Assembly (NCBI RefSeq): GCF_004010195.1
Contig: NC_057720.1
Location: 22,071,635 to 22,135,634 of the forward strand
Source: Chiloscyllium plagiosum
Taxonomy: Eukaryota
Direction: 5' to 3'
DNA length: 64,000 nt
Under the pieces are notes generated by a model. The model was given only the letters and a program-made list of their open reading frames with translations, did no database searches and was not told the DNA's origin. The translations under genes and the position numbers were made by a program. Shown here in pieces: positions 49,664-61,998 of this stretch. Each line of letters opens with the position of its first letter. The first letter of the stretch is position 1.

Positions 49664-51114
49664 TTGGTGGATTTTGATAAGGTTTTAACAAAGCCCACAT
49701 TAGAGACTGGCTAGGAAAGTAAAAGCCTTTGTGATCAAAGGAAAATTGCATGTAGGATTCAAAGTTGGCTCAGTGACAGTAAGCACAATGTGATTATTAC
49801 ATTTTTTTAAACAATTGAAAGGTTATTTAGAATGGATGACTGAATATTACGTCATTTGCTTTCCATGGTATTACAACAATGGTTTTGACATTTGACTAAA
49901 TATGGAGTCATGATTATGAAGTTTGCACCTATTACAAAAATTAACTGTATGATTTACAGTGAGTAAGGATACAGTGAACTGCAGCAAGAGACCAATGATC
50001 ACTTCAGATGTCTCAAGAAACCCCAACTAAATCCAGACATCTATGAGCTACTGCATTTGACAAGGGTAAACCTAGAAACAAAAGATACAGTAATTGGTGG
50101 GATTCTGAAAAGTGTAGAGAGGGATGTTGGAGAGTGCATGCTCACAGAATCTTGGGAAGTAAAAGACGTACATAACGTGGGTAAGAAGGCACACCGGATA
50201 GTGCCTGTATTAGCTCAGACAAAGCATGTAAGAATAGTGAAGTTATGCTAAAAGTGTATAAAATATTAGTTAGACTTCAACAAGAGTGCAGTCCTGATCA
50301 CCATATTATAGGAAGGATCCTGGAGAAAGTATAAAGGCAATTTACCAGAATATTGGTAGGATTGGACAATGTTAACTTTCAGGAAAGAGTCAAAGGATGG
50401 GGATTGAGTTCTTTAGAACAGAGGAGGCTGAAGGGAGGTTTAATTGAGGTATATTGAGGAAATTGAGGGTGGTGTGTATATGGAATGAGCTGCCAGAGGA
50501 AGTGGTGGAGGCTGGTACAATTACAACCTTTAAAAGGCATCTGGATGGATGTATGACTAGGAAGGGTTGAGAGAGATATGGCCAAGTGCTGGCAAATGAC
50601 CAGTTGGACCGAAGGGTCTGTTTCTGTGTTGTATATCTCTATGACTCTGTGACTCTATATAAGTCTATGAGGAGTCTAAATACAATGGAGAAGTAGGTCC
50701 CATTTCCTTTAGCAAAGAGGTTAATAGTTGGAGTCAGAGATTTAAAATAGCTGACAGAAAGATTGAAAGAGAGTCAAGCGGTACACTTTTTACCCAAAGA
50801 ATGCTAGTGGCACCTGGAAGGGTAGTGGAGGCAGTAACCCTCATCAAATTTCTAAAAAAGCACTTTATTTGTGGTGTAACATACACACCAATACAGCAAG
50901 AACTGAAACTGAATGATAGGCTGATCATTCTTTTTCACCAGCAAGGTCAACATTTTCTGCAACAAGTCTCCTTTTATTTATTCCTTCTTGGGTACTCTGT
51001 CATCCCAAATCCACACCTCAGATGCAACGTTATTACTCCCCTGTTGCTAGCTCAGGTCTGACCCCTTTCAAAAAAGCATAATTTTCCCTTTGTCTGCAGA
51101 CAGTCTGCTGAAGC

Positions 51115-51699
51115 TGTATAATTTGTCCTTTTTTTTAAGAGAGAGGTGAAGAGCAATCTGTGGTAACGTAAACAGCTTGTGAAGTCTTGGGTTTTTTTAA
51201 AAAGCTGGAGCAATAGAAGCAGCCTGGATGGGCGTGACCAGCTTTCATAGACCAAGATTTCTAATTTTTCTTTCGCTTTTACGTTCAGCAAAACCTGCTG
51301 GAGTCTTGAAGAAGGAGAAGCTACTTTCTCCCCTCTCTAGGTTACAGCTAGAAGCTGGGGTTTTTCTTCTTACTGCGGACATTGAATGTGAGAAAATCTG
51401 ATTTCTAAATTTGCCTTTTTGCCAATGAGAGTGTTTATATTGGGGCAGTTAATTAGTAATGGTTACTGTATCTATTATTTTGTTATGTGTTCCAGTTAAG
51501 CTATTCTAAATTCTGCTTTCTTTTGTTGTATTTTAACTGTTGTGTTTGAATAAATTATGTTTCACTTAGCATCAAGTAGTTTGACCAGTCAAATTGCATG
51601 TGGAACACAGCACTTTACATCTGCCTTTAAATCTGAAAAAGTTAGGATCTAGTCTATCCACTTAAAATATTTTGAGGGAGCCTGGTGTGGTCTGTAATA
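51115..51699 (+). mobile_element. Probable solo LTR related to 10408-11034
   Basis: Starts TGTA..., shares tttaagagaga near the 5' end and gttagg.tct...tattttg.gggag...taata at the 3' end; no clean TSD. Confidence 0.45.
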
Positions 51700-52724
51700 G
51701 CAGTCACTGCTGATTTCATTATATGCATTAACTACCCCATTTTACTCCACCACTGCCTTACCTATCAAGCATACCTTCTGAGGGCTAATCTTGCTAACCC
51801 TCACCTGCCCAACTACCTCCTCCTAGTATTGACCATCTGGACACATGCCAATCACATAATTGCCAGCCTGAGTTAAAACTGATTTGCAAGAATCAAAGTG
51901 TTTTCTAATATTATTTAAAAGCTTGAGAATGTATCATATGTTAGAGAATATGCAAACTTATTAAACTTATCAATCAGGTCTAGCACAATTTCTAACACGA
52001 AGGATGGTTTGTCAGCAAGTTTGCTTGTTTTAAAACACATATAAAAATGCTACAGATGCATTCTTAACTGCTGGCTATTTTCAACCAACCAAAAACAGCT
52101 ATTTTTTGGCAAATTTAACAATGGTAAAATCACCATATCAATACAAGAGATTTTAAGATTTGAAAACAGAGCACAATACATGTTTGTTGTTGTTTACTTA
52201 GAAGAATCAAAGCAGCTTTTGTGACAGATGTGCACGTTCAGATATTGTTGGTTATTTTAGCCAAGCCTATCCCTTGGGTCCCATCACTGATGTATTAGGT
52301 CTCACTAGAGGTGCTAAATCCATCCCACCTGTAGATAATGAACATTTTCAGTTAAAAACTCTCTCCAGCTTCTGAAAAGTATTAGGTGCTAGTTAAAGGT
52401 CGACACTATAATGAATCATCTGATGCATGTGTACGAACAAAAAACAGGGAAGCCTTCATTGAAGAAAAAAAAGCACTGTGAACATAATTGATTCTCAGCC
52501 AACTCTTTACTAATTGAGATGCTCATAAGGTAAAATATTACATTGATGCTACATTAAAATACCATAATGTGCCTGTCAAGAGCATTATCAGCCAAAGGTT
52601 TCCATATTAACCATATGCTTAAATGCTTCAAAATTATTTAAATACTTAATTTTAAGATCAGTAAAGAAAGCTTCTGCAAAGTGGGTGTAGCTAGTTTGTA
52701 GTATCCTTGCTGTATCAATTTAGA

Positions 52725-52833
52725 TTAGAGAGGTGCTGGAAAAACATTCAGGTGCTGCCTGACCTGCTGTGCTTTTCCAGCACCACTCTAATCTGGACTC
52801 TGATTTCCAGCATCTGCAGTACCCACTTCTGCC
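52725..52833 (+). mobile_element. PLE family A insertion with short inverted 5' arm
   Basis: 15-bp TSD ctgtatc(a/t)atttaga (52710-52724, 52834-52848). Confidence 0.8.
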
Positions 52834-53929
52834 CTGTATCTATTTAGAAACAATTCCATAATACATTGATACATGAACGTACAAGATGTTGTTATCAGGA
52901 AAACTTCAAACTGGACCATGAATGTTTGGCATAGGTAGTCAGATTTTGCACATTACTCGTTATCAGAACATAATATTGTTGACTTAAAGATAAGTGTATA
53001 TATTAACACACACAACTTATGTAATTTATACCATTAAACAAATAATAAGACTAAAATTATGTTCCCAACCATGCTCTGAGTTCATCTGCCTTACCTGTTA
53101 GGCCTCTTGCAATGAAATAAGTGAAGTTTAATTTATCAGTCCTGCTTCGTTCTCTGCTTTGTCCCTGACTAGTTGACTTGCCCCTTATATAGGATTTGCT
53201 GAAGAACTAAAATTGTTGATGATATTCAAGAGCTTCGTGACCTTGAATGAGTCCTGTGGACATTACTGTATGTGCTGAAGATGGCTTGTTTTCTGTACTG
53301 GCTGTTTGTTACAGTGACTAAGAGAGGGTTTTGTTCTGAGTTGTCGGACTTCACCTCAGACCAGGATCGTGGACGGTGCCAGGAACAAATCTAAGCCTCC
53401 AGACCAGCCGTCGACCGAGGGCTACCTGATGGGCAGGATAGCATGAGGCTCATTGCTTTCTTTTACTTCCTTTCTCATCTTTTTTAAAAATTACTTAATA
53501 GATGGTCATATTTCAGTCTTCTTTTCCCCTTTCTTTTCCAATTTTCATTATTACTCAAGAAATGTTAATATTTAAACAAATTGCTGTAGTCGGGTCTTCT
53601 CTTAACCACATTTAACCGAGTTGAAACAAACTGCTTAGATACACTCTGTGATCCAACACACCCCTTTTTCCAAATGTAAGTCTCAGTCTGGTCTGTTTCC
53701 TCCTCTGGGTTCCATTCTCTCCATTCTCCCCACCCCCTCATCTTACTAGTTTAAATCCTCCCAAGCAGCTCTAGCAAATCTCATCAGTATATTAATCCAT
53801 TTCCAATTCAGGTGCAATCCATCCTCCACTTCTACACCAGATGAGATTTCAATGATCCAAAAATATGAATTCTTCTCCCCTACACCAGTTCATTCATCTG
53901 CTCTTTCCTCCTATTCTTATCCTCACTGT

Positions 53930-56510
53930 GATATATGTTTGGGAGGGACTTGCTCCAGGAATCCATGAATTCTCATAGCTTCAGGTTCAACATGGACAAG
54001 GAAGCCTCCTGCTGATTACCACATACCATCCTCCCTCAGCTGATGAATTGGTACTCCTCCATGTTGAACAACACTTAGAGGAAGCACTGAGGATGGCAAG
54101 GGGCACAAAACGTACCTTGGGTGGTGGATTTCAATGCCTACCACCAAGAGCGGCTTAGCAGCAGCACTACTGATTGAGCTGGTTGGGTCTTAAAGGACAT
54201 TGCTGCGAGACTGGGTCTGTGGCAAATGGTGAGGGAACCAATAAGAGGGAAAAACATACTTGACCTCATCCTGACCAATCTGCTAGCTGCAGATACATCT
54301 GTCCATGACAGTATTGGTAAGAGTGACCACTGCACAGTCCTTGTGGCAACAAAGTCTCGCCTTCGCATTGAGAATACCCTCCATCATGTTGTGTGTCACT
54401 GTCACCGTGCTAAATGGGACAAATTTTGAACAGATTTAATAATTCAAGACATGGCATTCATGAGGCATTGTGGGCCACCAACAGCAGCAGGATTGTACTC
54501 TCGCACAATCTGCAACCTCAGGGCCTGGCACATCCTCCACTCAACCATTACATCAAGCCAGGGGTTCAACCCTGGGCTAATGGAGAGTACAGGAGGGCAT
54601 ACAAGGAGTAGTACTGGGCATGCCAAAATATGAGGTGTCAACCTGGTGAATTTACAAAACAGGACAAGTTGTATGCCCGCAGCATAAGCAGAAGGAGACA
54701 GTCAGAGCTAAAACATACTGCAAACGACATATCAGATCTAAGCTCTGCAGTCCTGCCACATCCAGTCATAAAAGGTGGTGGACAATTGAACAACTTACTG
54801 AAGAAGGAGGATCCACACATATCCTTATCTTCAACGAGGGAAAAGCCTAACACATTAGTGCAAAAGATAAGGATGAAGTATTTGTGGCATTCTTCAACCA
54901 GAAGTGCCGAATGGATGATTCATTGGTGTCCTCCAATGCTCTCCAGCATCACAGATGCCAGTCTCCACTCCAGGTGATATCAAAAGATTACAGCTATGGA
55001 TACTGCAAAGACTATAGGACCTGACAACATTCCAGCAATAGTACTGAATAATTTTGCTCTGAAACTTGCTGTTCCCCTATTCAAGCTGTTCCCTCACAGT
55101 TACAACAGTGGCATCTACCAGACAATGTGGAAAATTGCCCATTATGTCCTGTACATAAAATGCAGGAAAAACCCAACCTTGCCAATTAACACCCAATTAG
55201 TCTACTCTTAATCATCATCAAATTGATGGGAGGTGTCATCATTAGTGCTATCAAGCAGCATCTGCTCAACAATAATCTGCTCAGTGACACCCATTTTGGG
55301 CTCTGCCAGGGGAACACTCAGCTCCTGACCTCCTTACAGTCTTGAATTCAAACATGGATAAAAGAGCTGAATTCCAGAGGTGAGGTGAGAATGGCAGCCC
55401 CTGTTATCAAGGTTGCATTCAACTGAGTGTAGTAGCAAGCAAAATTGGAATTAATGGCTGTCAGGGGGCAAACACTCTGCTGATTGGAGAATGGCACACA
55501 GGAAGATGGTCGTGATTGTTGGAGGTCAGTCATCTCAGCTCCAGGAAATCTCTGCAGGAGTCCTTCAGGGTAGTGTCCTAGACCCAACCATCTTCAACTA
55601 CTGCATCAATAAATTTCCCACCATCATAAGAACAGAAGTGGGGATGTTCGCTGATGATTGCACAATTTTCAGCATCATTCACAACTGCTGATATACTGAA
55701 GCAGGCCATGTTCAAATGGAATGAGATCTGGAAAATATTCAGGCTTGGGCTGATAAATGGGAAGTAACATTTATGCTGTGCAAATGCCAGGCTATGAGCA
55801 TCACTGATAAGACAATCTAATCACTGTTCCTTGACATTCAATGGTGTTACCATCACTGAATCCCTCATTATCAACATTCTGGGGTTATCATTGACCAGAA
55901 ACTCAACTGGACTCACCACATAAATGCAGTGGCTGCAAGAGCAGGTCAGAGATTTGGAGTATTGCAGCGAGTAGCTCACCTCCTCACTTCGCAAAGCTTG
56001 CCCATCATCAACAAGCAACAAGTCAGGAGTGTGATGGAATACTCCCCACATGCCTGGATGAGTGCAACTCCAATAACACTCACGAAGCTTAACGCCATCC
56101 AGGCCAAATTAGCTCACTTGATTGGCTTTACATCCACAAGCATTCACTCCCTCCACCAGTGAGTATTATCCAGAAGAAGCACTGCAGAAATTCACCCAAG
56201 GTCCTCAAATAGCAACTTCAAAACCCATGATCTAGAAAGACAAGGGCAGCAGATACATGGGAATACTACCACCTGCACATTCCCCTCCAAGCCACTCACC
56301 ATCCTGTCTGGGGAATACATCACGATTCCTTCATTGTTGCTGGTCAAAATCTTCAAATTCCCTTCCTAATGGCATTGTGGGTCAACCCACAGTCGGTGGA
56401 CTGCAGTGATTCAAGAAGGCAGCTCACCACCACCTTCTCATGGGCAACTAGGGATAGACAATAAATGCTGGTCAGCCAGCAACACTCATATCCCACAAAT
56501 GAATAGAAAA
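53930..56510 (+). mobile_element. LINE family 2 with endonuclease and RT remnants
   Basis: REPIRGKNILDLILTN...SDHCTV (APE), [25 protein letters not shown]; same tail as 18270-20062. Confidence 0.88.
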
Positions 56511-56819
56511 AGGTGTCAATTGCTGAAACACAGATCCTGTTCATTTGATGGTATAGTTAAATTGCACTGCCTAAATCTGATCGAAGGTTTTTCTGGTGTC
56601 TTTCTGTCAGCTACTATTTCTTGCAGCTTCTCAGTGGGATCAGTAAGTGTACTGAGCTAGTCCTTCTCATCAATGTGCTTAAATCAGGACTGAATGAAGG
56701 TCTTGCTACAAATATGCTGCAATAGGAAACCAGTTCTATCCCTGCTCAGAGGCTAAGCTAGCTGCATCAAATTGTGTTCAGTCTTGTAACACATTTTGTC
56801 TGTTTAAATAAGCCAATAC

Positions 56820-57480
56820 TTCAGTGCATTACCGAGAGTGCGCTGCACTGATAGAAATGCTTTCTTTCAGATATCATACCGAGGCCCCTTCTGGTCTCCC
56901 AATTGGAAGTAAATGCTTCCACAGCAATATTGATAGAACAATGCTTTCAAAATTACACTTGAGAGAGGGATAGTGTTGTGGTAATGTCACTGAATGAGTA
57001 ACCAAGAAATCTGAGATAAGGTTCATAACCTTCACAATTTAATAAAATCTGGAATGAAAAGCTAGCCTAACGATGACTATTGATTGTCACAACAAAATAG
57101 CCATCTGGTTCACTAATGTTCTTTCGGGAAGGAAATCCAACAGAATACAAGTTGTCTGACTTGGACTGTTAACTCTCTTTCTCTCTTCACAGATGCTGCC
57201 AGACCTGCTCAGTTTCTCTAGTACCTTCAGTTTTTTATTTCAGATTTCTGACATCTGCAGTGCTTTTGTTAAGGAAATCTGCCATCCTTACTTGGTCTGG
57301 TCTACATGTGATTCCAGACCAATAGTAAAGTAGTTGACTCTGAAATGTCCTCTGGGCATTTAAGGATGGGCAATAAATGCTGGCCTTTCTAGCAATGCTC
57401 ACACCTCATGAGCAAAAAAAAAAGTTATAAAGCATTTTGCGGCATCCTGAGGCCATAAAAAGTACTCTTTCAATATAAAT
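56820..57480 (+). mobile_element. Deu-domain SINE remnant interrupted by a SINE (about 56962-57423), itself interrupted by a PLE family C fragment (57138-57270)
   Basis: cagtgcattaccgagagtgcgctgcactg...tctttcagat...accgaggcccc resembles the DeuSINE core; the tail resumes at about 57425. The PLE is flanked by aaggaaatc (57129-57137, 57271-57279). Confidence 0.6.
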
Positions 57481-57635
57481 CTCACACTTTTTCTTTTCAT
57501 TTCCTTTTGACAAAAACATAATAGATTAAGAATACAAGAAATTTAATACAGTATAATTTTAAAGCTTTCAAATAAATCAGGTTATTTCATCGTTTGTTCT
57601 GTTAAATCCAACTTTGCAGTTGACTATAGGCTTCA

Positions 57636-57924
57636 GGGCGGCATGGTGGCTTGGTGGTTAGCACTGTTGCCTCACAGCACCAGGGTCCCAGGTTCAATTC
57701 CAGCCTTGGGTGACTGTCTTTGTGTAGTTTACACATTGTCCGCATGGGTTTGCTCTGGTTTCATCCCACAGTCCAAAGATGTGCAGGTCAGGTGAATTGG
57801 CTATGCTAAATTGCCCACAGTGTGAGGTGCATTCATCAGAGTGAAATGGGTCTGGGTGGGTTTCTCTTCGATGGATTGGTTGGGCCAATGGGCCTGTTTC
57901 CACACTGTAGGGAAGCTAATCTAA
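57636..57924 (+). mobile_element. HE1-type V-SINE
   Basis: gggcggcatggtggcttggtggttagc (A box), ggttcaattcc (B box), V-domain cccacagtccaaagatgtgcagg. Confidence 0.88.
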
Positions 57925-58539
57925 ATATCTTGGGAAAGAAATCTGTGAAATTTGCTAACTGGGTATAACATATTAAAATCAAAGCAGGGGCTAATGAACT
58001 GCTTCCCTTTATTTTCCCATGGGAAAGATTTCACAGACAACTACAATTAATGGGGCAGTTAATTGGCACTAATTGCTATTAGGCGGAGTTGTTTGGCGAC
58101 TCTTGGAAATGACTCAACTTCCAATTGCAACCACAGCACTGGGACTTGTGAAAATCGCCTCTCTGGCAATTCTGGCAGAGCTATGGTTGGCCAGACTGTA
58201 ATATGTGATTCCGATACACCTCCCATGTCTTTGGATAGTACTCAATTTATAGCATCTTGTACTTTACATTTGAATAATTTTCTTAGGCATTTCAAATAGT
58301 ATAAATATTCCTATTGGAACTCTCCTAGCTTGTTGAGGATGGTTAAAATTATTTTGTATTTGATATGTAGCAGGAATGTTCTATGTCCTCTAAACAATAT
58401 TGATGATATTTAATTACTTTCTTCTTGCACTGGTGGTGAGCAATGAATGGTTAAATATTTGTTAATGTGAGCAATTATCCAAGTTGTTGTTGATTTGCAT
58501 ATACTGACTGGAACTTTTAACTTCAGTGGAAAGGAAACA

Positions 58540-59520
58540 TACAGGTTACAAAACAACAGTGAGAGCTACATAAAGAGAGTATAAAAAAGAACTTGCAAGA
58601 GATATCAGGATGAACACAGATAACTGTTACAACTATATTAGGAAAATCATCATGGTTAAAAGCAATGTGAGTCCCTTACAAACTGATAATGACAATACTA
58701 TGAATGAAAATGAGAAAATTATGAACACATTAAACATTATTTTTAATCAGCATTTAAATAGAGGGTTTCAGGGACAGGTACTCACTATTACTGATAAAAA
58801 GCAACTTAAGAATAATTTAGAAAATAATGGCACTGAAGACAAGAAGCCTCCAGGACTTAATAGTCTCCATCCCTGCATTTGAAAGGAAGTGAGAACATTA
58901 CAGACGCCCCAGTGATGATCTGCCAAAGTTCTCATGATTCAGAAACCATTTGTTTTAATTAGACAATTGCCCATCAAGCCACAAGTGATGAGAGAAAGCA
59001 AAGACTTATGGACTAGTTAGTCTAATGTCTGTTCTCAGGGAGATTACAAAAGTCTATAAAGAAGACAAGGGAGACAGAACACCTTCTGAATGTTCAGCTG
59101 TTTAGAGAGCGCTGCCATGGATTTGTTAAGGGTAGTTCATGCCTGATGAAGCTGATTGACTTTTCTTAAAAAGGTGACTGAAGTAGGGCAGGGATATGGC
59201 TATTGATGTTATTGATGTAGACTTCCAGAAGGCAGATGATAAAATCCCACAGAGAATATTGTTCGCTAAATACAAAGCTTTGGAAATTGGCTGAGTGGTT
59301 GCTGACAGAGCTGGGATAGTGGACAGATACTCTAATCGGTAAGATATCAATTTTGGTGTTCCATAAGGATCTGTAATGGTGACTTAACTATTCACTGTCT
59401 TCATTAATAGCTTAGGTGGCAGGCAGAAAGCCACATTTCCATGACACAGAGATAGGTGGTTGTGTAGTCAGTGTAGATAATAACACAAAATTGCTAAATA
59501 TTAAAGAAATAAGCAAATGT
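58540..59520 (+). mobile_element. Very old CR1 remnant
   Basis: DKKPPGLNSLHPCI, HGFVKGSSCL, DVIDVDFQKADDKIPQ. Confidence 0.65.
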
Positions 59521-61617
59521 GTTTCAGTGCAGGCTGTGCAATGTATGACTGTGAGATCACACACCTTGGTATTATCACAGCTGATGTTGGATTTTATGGG
59601 CTACCTGTAGGTGAGAAAGCGGATGGGTAGACCTGTAAAATAGATATTAGTATTGTACCACCCTACCTCCACATCCTGGCACCCTCGACCTCTGTACCAT
59701 TAATGGTAAATATGGCAGATAGGCTGCCTGCTTGTGCAACTATCGATGCCCTGAAATGGACAATTAATGCTTACTTAATGGCCTCATGCCAATGTCGCTC
59801 AGGTAGTGCGAAGATCTGCATCCAACAGACAGCTTGGCAGGTTTTCCTTCTGGCTGTTGGCCAATGGAAGGAGTGGTATCTCTTTTCCAGGTCACTGGCA
59901 TCAGAGGCTCGCCCTTACAGTTTTCATTACCCACTTCAATATTCCCCACCACTGCCCTATCTAACACTGTCCTGATAGCAAACTTTCCATGGCCTGGCTG
60001 TGATTTCGGCCAATTGCTGATCACTTCCACCTTGCTTTAGCTGTAGCACTGACGTGGCCATTACTCCTGGTGACACAGCAGAGCTGTCAGCTTCCAGCAA
60101 ACCAGGAACTCCATGAGGCAGGATTTCCTCCTGGGAAGTGGGAATAGTTTTGCCTCATAACGATTGAAGGCCTGCTGATGAAAACATTAAGAAGGCACTT
60201 GCAAGTCAAATGGATTGCCTTGTCTGGAAGTCAAAGGGTTTCATGATATTAAGAGCAGTTGAGAGGTTAGAGAGAAACATTTGCTAATGGCAGAAGATTC
60301 TAGGTCTAGAGGGCATGGTATAAATGACACAGCTAAACATTTCACAAAATACTTACAATATATTCACTAGATCAATTCAGTGGAAATATAAAGTATAAAA
60401 ATAATAATGTTTGTGTCGTTTTGATGTGATGTGACATGATTTTTACACATCAAAGAATACCATCACTGGATGAGTTGTTTTCTCTGTGGTACTGGCAGCT
60501 TAATCACATTCAGATGACATAACTTTCAGTGCTTTTATAGATGGCCATCTTTGTGACATGAGAGCGTTCACCATTGAATTCAATTTCATACTTGTAACGG
60601 TGATGGAAAATGTGTGAGATTAGATCGTGTAACCAAAATACATTCGATTAATACAGTCATTTTACAGGCTGCAGGTATAACACAAACTGAAGAAAGATTA
60701 AATGTGGGTACCATCACTACAGGGCAAGTAGACTTGGGCAGTATGTATGGCACTGTATATTACTGACAGTCTAGGAACAACAGTTTTTAAAGTCTACAAT
60801 ATCAGTGACTGCAATGTATTTTTGTAATAAATAGTTTACTTAACTGCAAGTACACTGACCCAGAAAATGATTGGAAAAATAAGATGAGTTCAAGGCACAC
60901 CCCCTTCTCCCCTCCATTAATTGTGAATAAACACTCTGCTGATTTGCAATAAGGAGGAAATATACCATCAATTGAGAATGACCACAGATTGCTGAACAAT
61001 TTTCTCTACCACCAGTCTTGTAAAAAACAAAAGCTTACTGTCAATGTCTCCATGAATATTAAGAAATTTCTGGATGCATGTCATCAATCCAAGTACTTGT
61101 CATAAGAGGCATTGAAGACCAATATCTGATGTTGTAAGGATGCTGTTAATATGACTTAAGGTTCTAGTATGCCACTCAACCTTGGAGGACCAATAAAGGA
61201 CCACTTAAAACTGTGGGATCCCCAACTCCTTTTGGTTCTTTCTAGAGGTTTATCTTAAATTTGCTTTTCCCTCTGCCTTCTACATTTCTGTTTTTTAATC
61301 CTATTTCTTTCTCATTCATTATTTTGCTTTCTGTGCCTTGTTGGACTCTAATGCACCATGTTTCATTCTGTTTTACACTGTGTCCCTTTCTTGATCTATA
61401 AATTCCATTAATCTGAAAAAAAAACACTCCATTAGACTTGAGGTTCATGAGCTATCAGATGCCCTACTGATATCACCAGACTGTTATGAATTCACATCTC
61501 CAGTAATTGTGACAGTAAAAAATAAATTCTATTCACTTCCATGTGACTTTCCATTGATTTTGGGGCCTTTATTCTCAAATTTCCATTTATTTAACAGCAA
61601 AGTAAGAATATTGATGA

Positions 61618-61998
61618 GGGGAGGTGATGGCCTAGTGCCATTATTGTTATGAGACTATTAATCCAGAAACTCAGCTAATGTTCTGGGGACCCGGGTTTGA
61701 ATCCCATTGTGGCAGATGGTGAAATTTGAATTCAATTAATAAAATTCAAATCTGTAATCAAATCTAAAGAATCTCCTGATGACCATGAAATCATTGTTGA
61801 TTGTTGTAAAAAAAAACATTTGGCTCTCTAATGCCTTCACGGAAGGAAATCTGCCATCTTCATCTGGTTTGGTCTACATGAGATTTCAGATTCATGTACC
61901 CCCTCTGAAATGGCTGAGCAAGCCATTCAGTTCAGCGGCAGTTAGGGACATGGCAATAAATATTGGCCAGTCAGCAACTCCCAGTAGTAAATGAAAAA
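61618..61998 (+). mobile_element. tRNA-derived SINE, same family as 46112-46472
   Basis: Collinear with 46112-46472 (taatccaga, ttctgggga, gggtttgaatccca, ggaaggaaa, caataaat). Confidence 0.75.

Noticed and set aside
78..52833. Recurring palindromic short repeats as a CRISPR-like array
   Set aside because: Copies are dispersed, in both orientations, TSD-flanked and lack regular spacers; eukaryotic retroelement context.
58060..58200. aattggcactaattg motif reminiscent of the LF-SINE core
   Set aside because: Only about 15 bp of recalled similarity, and flanks do not extend it.
59570..60210. GC-richer block with short ORFs interrupting an old CR1
   Set aside because: Probably an unclassified repeat; no protein motif or defined termini I can support.
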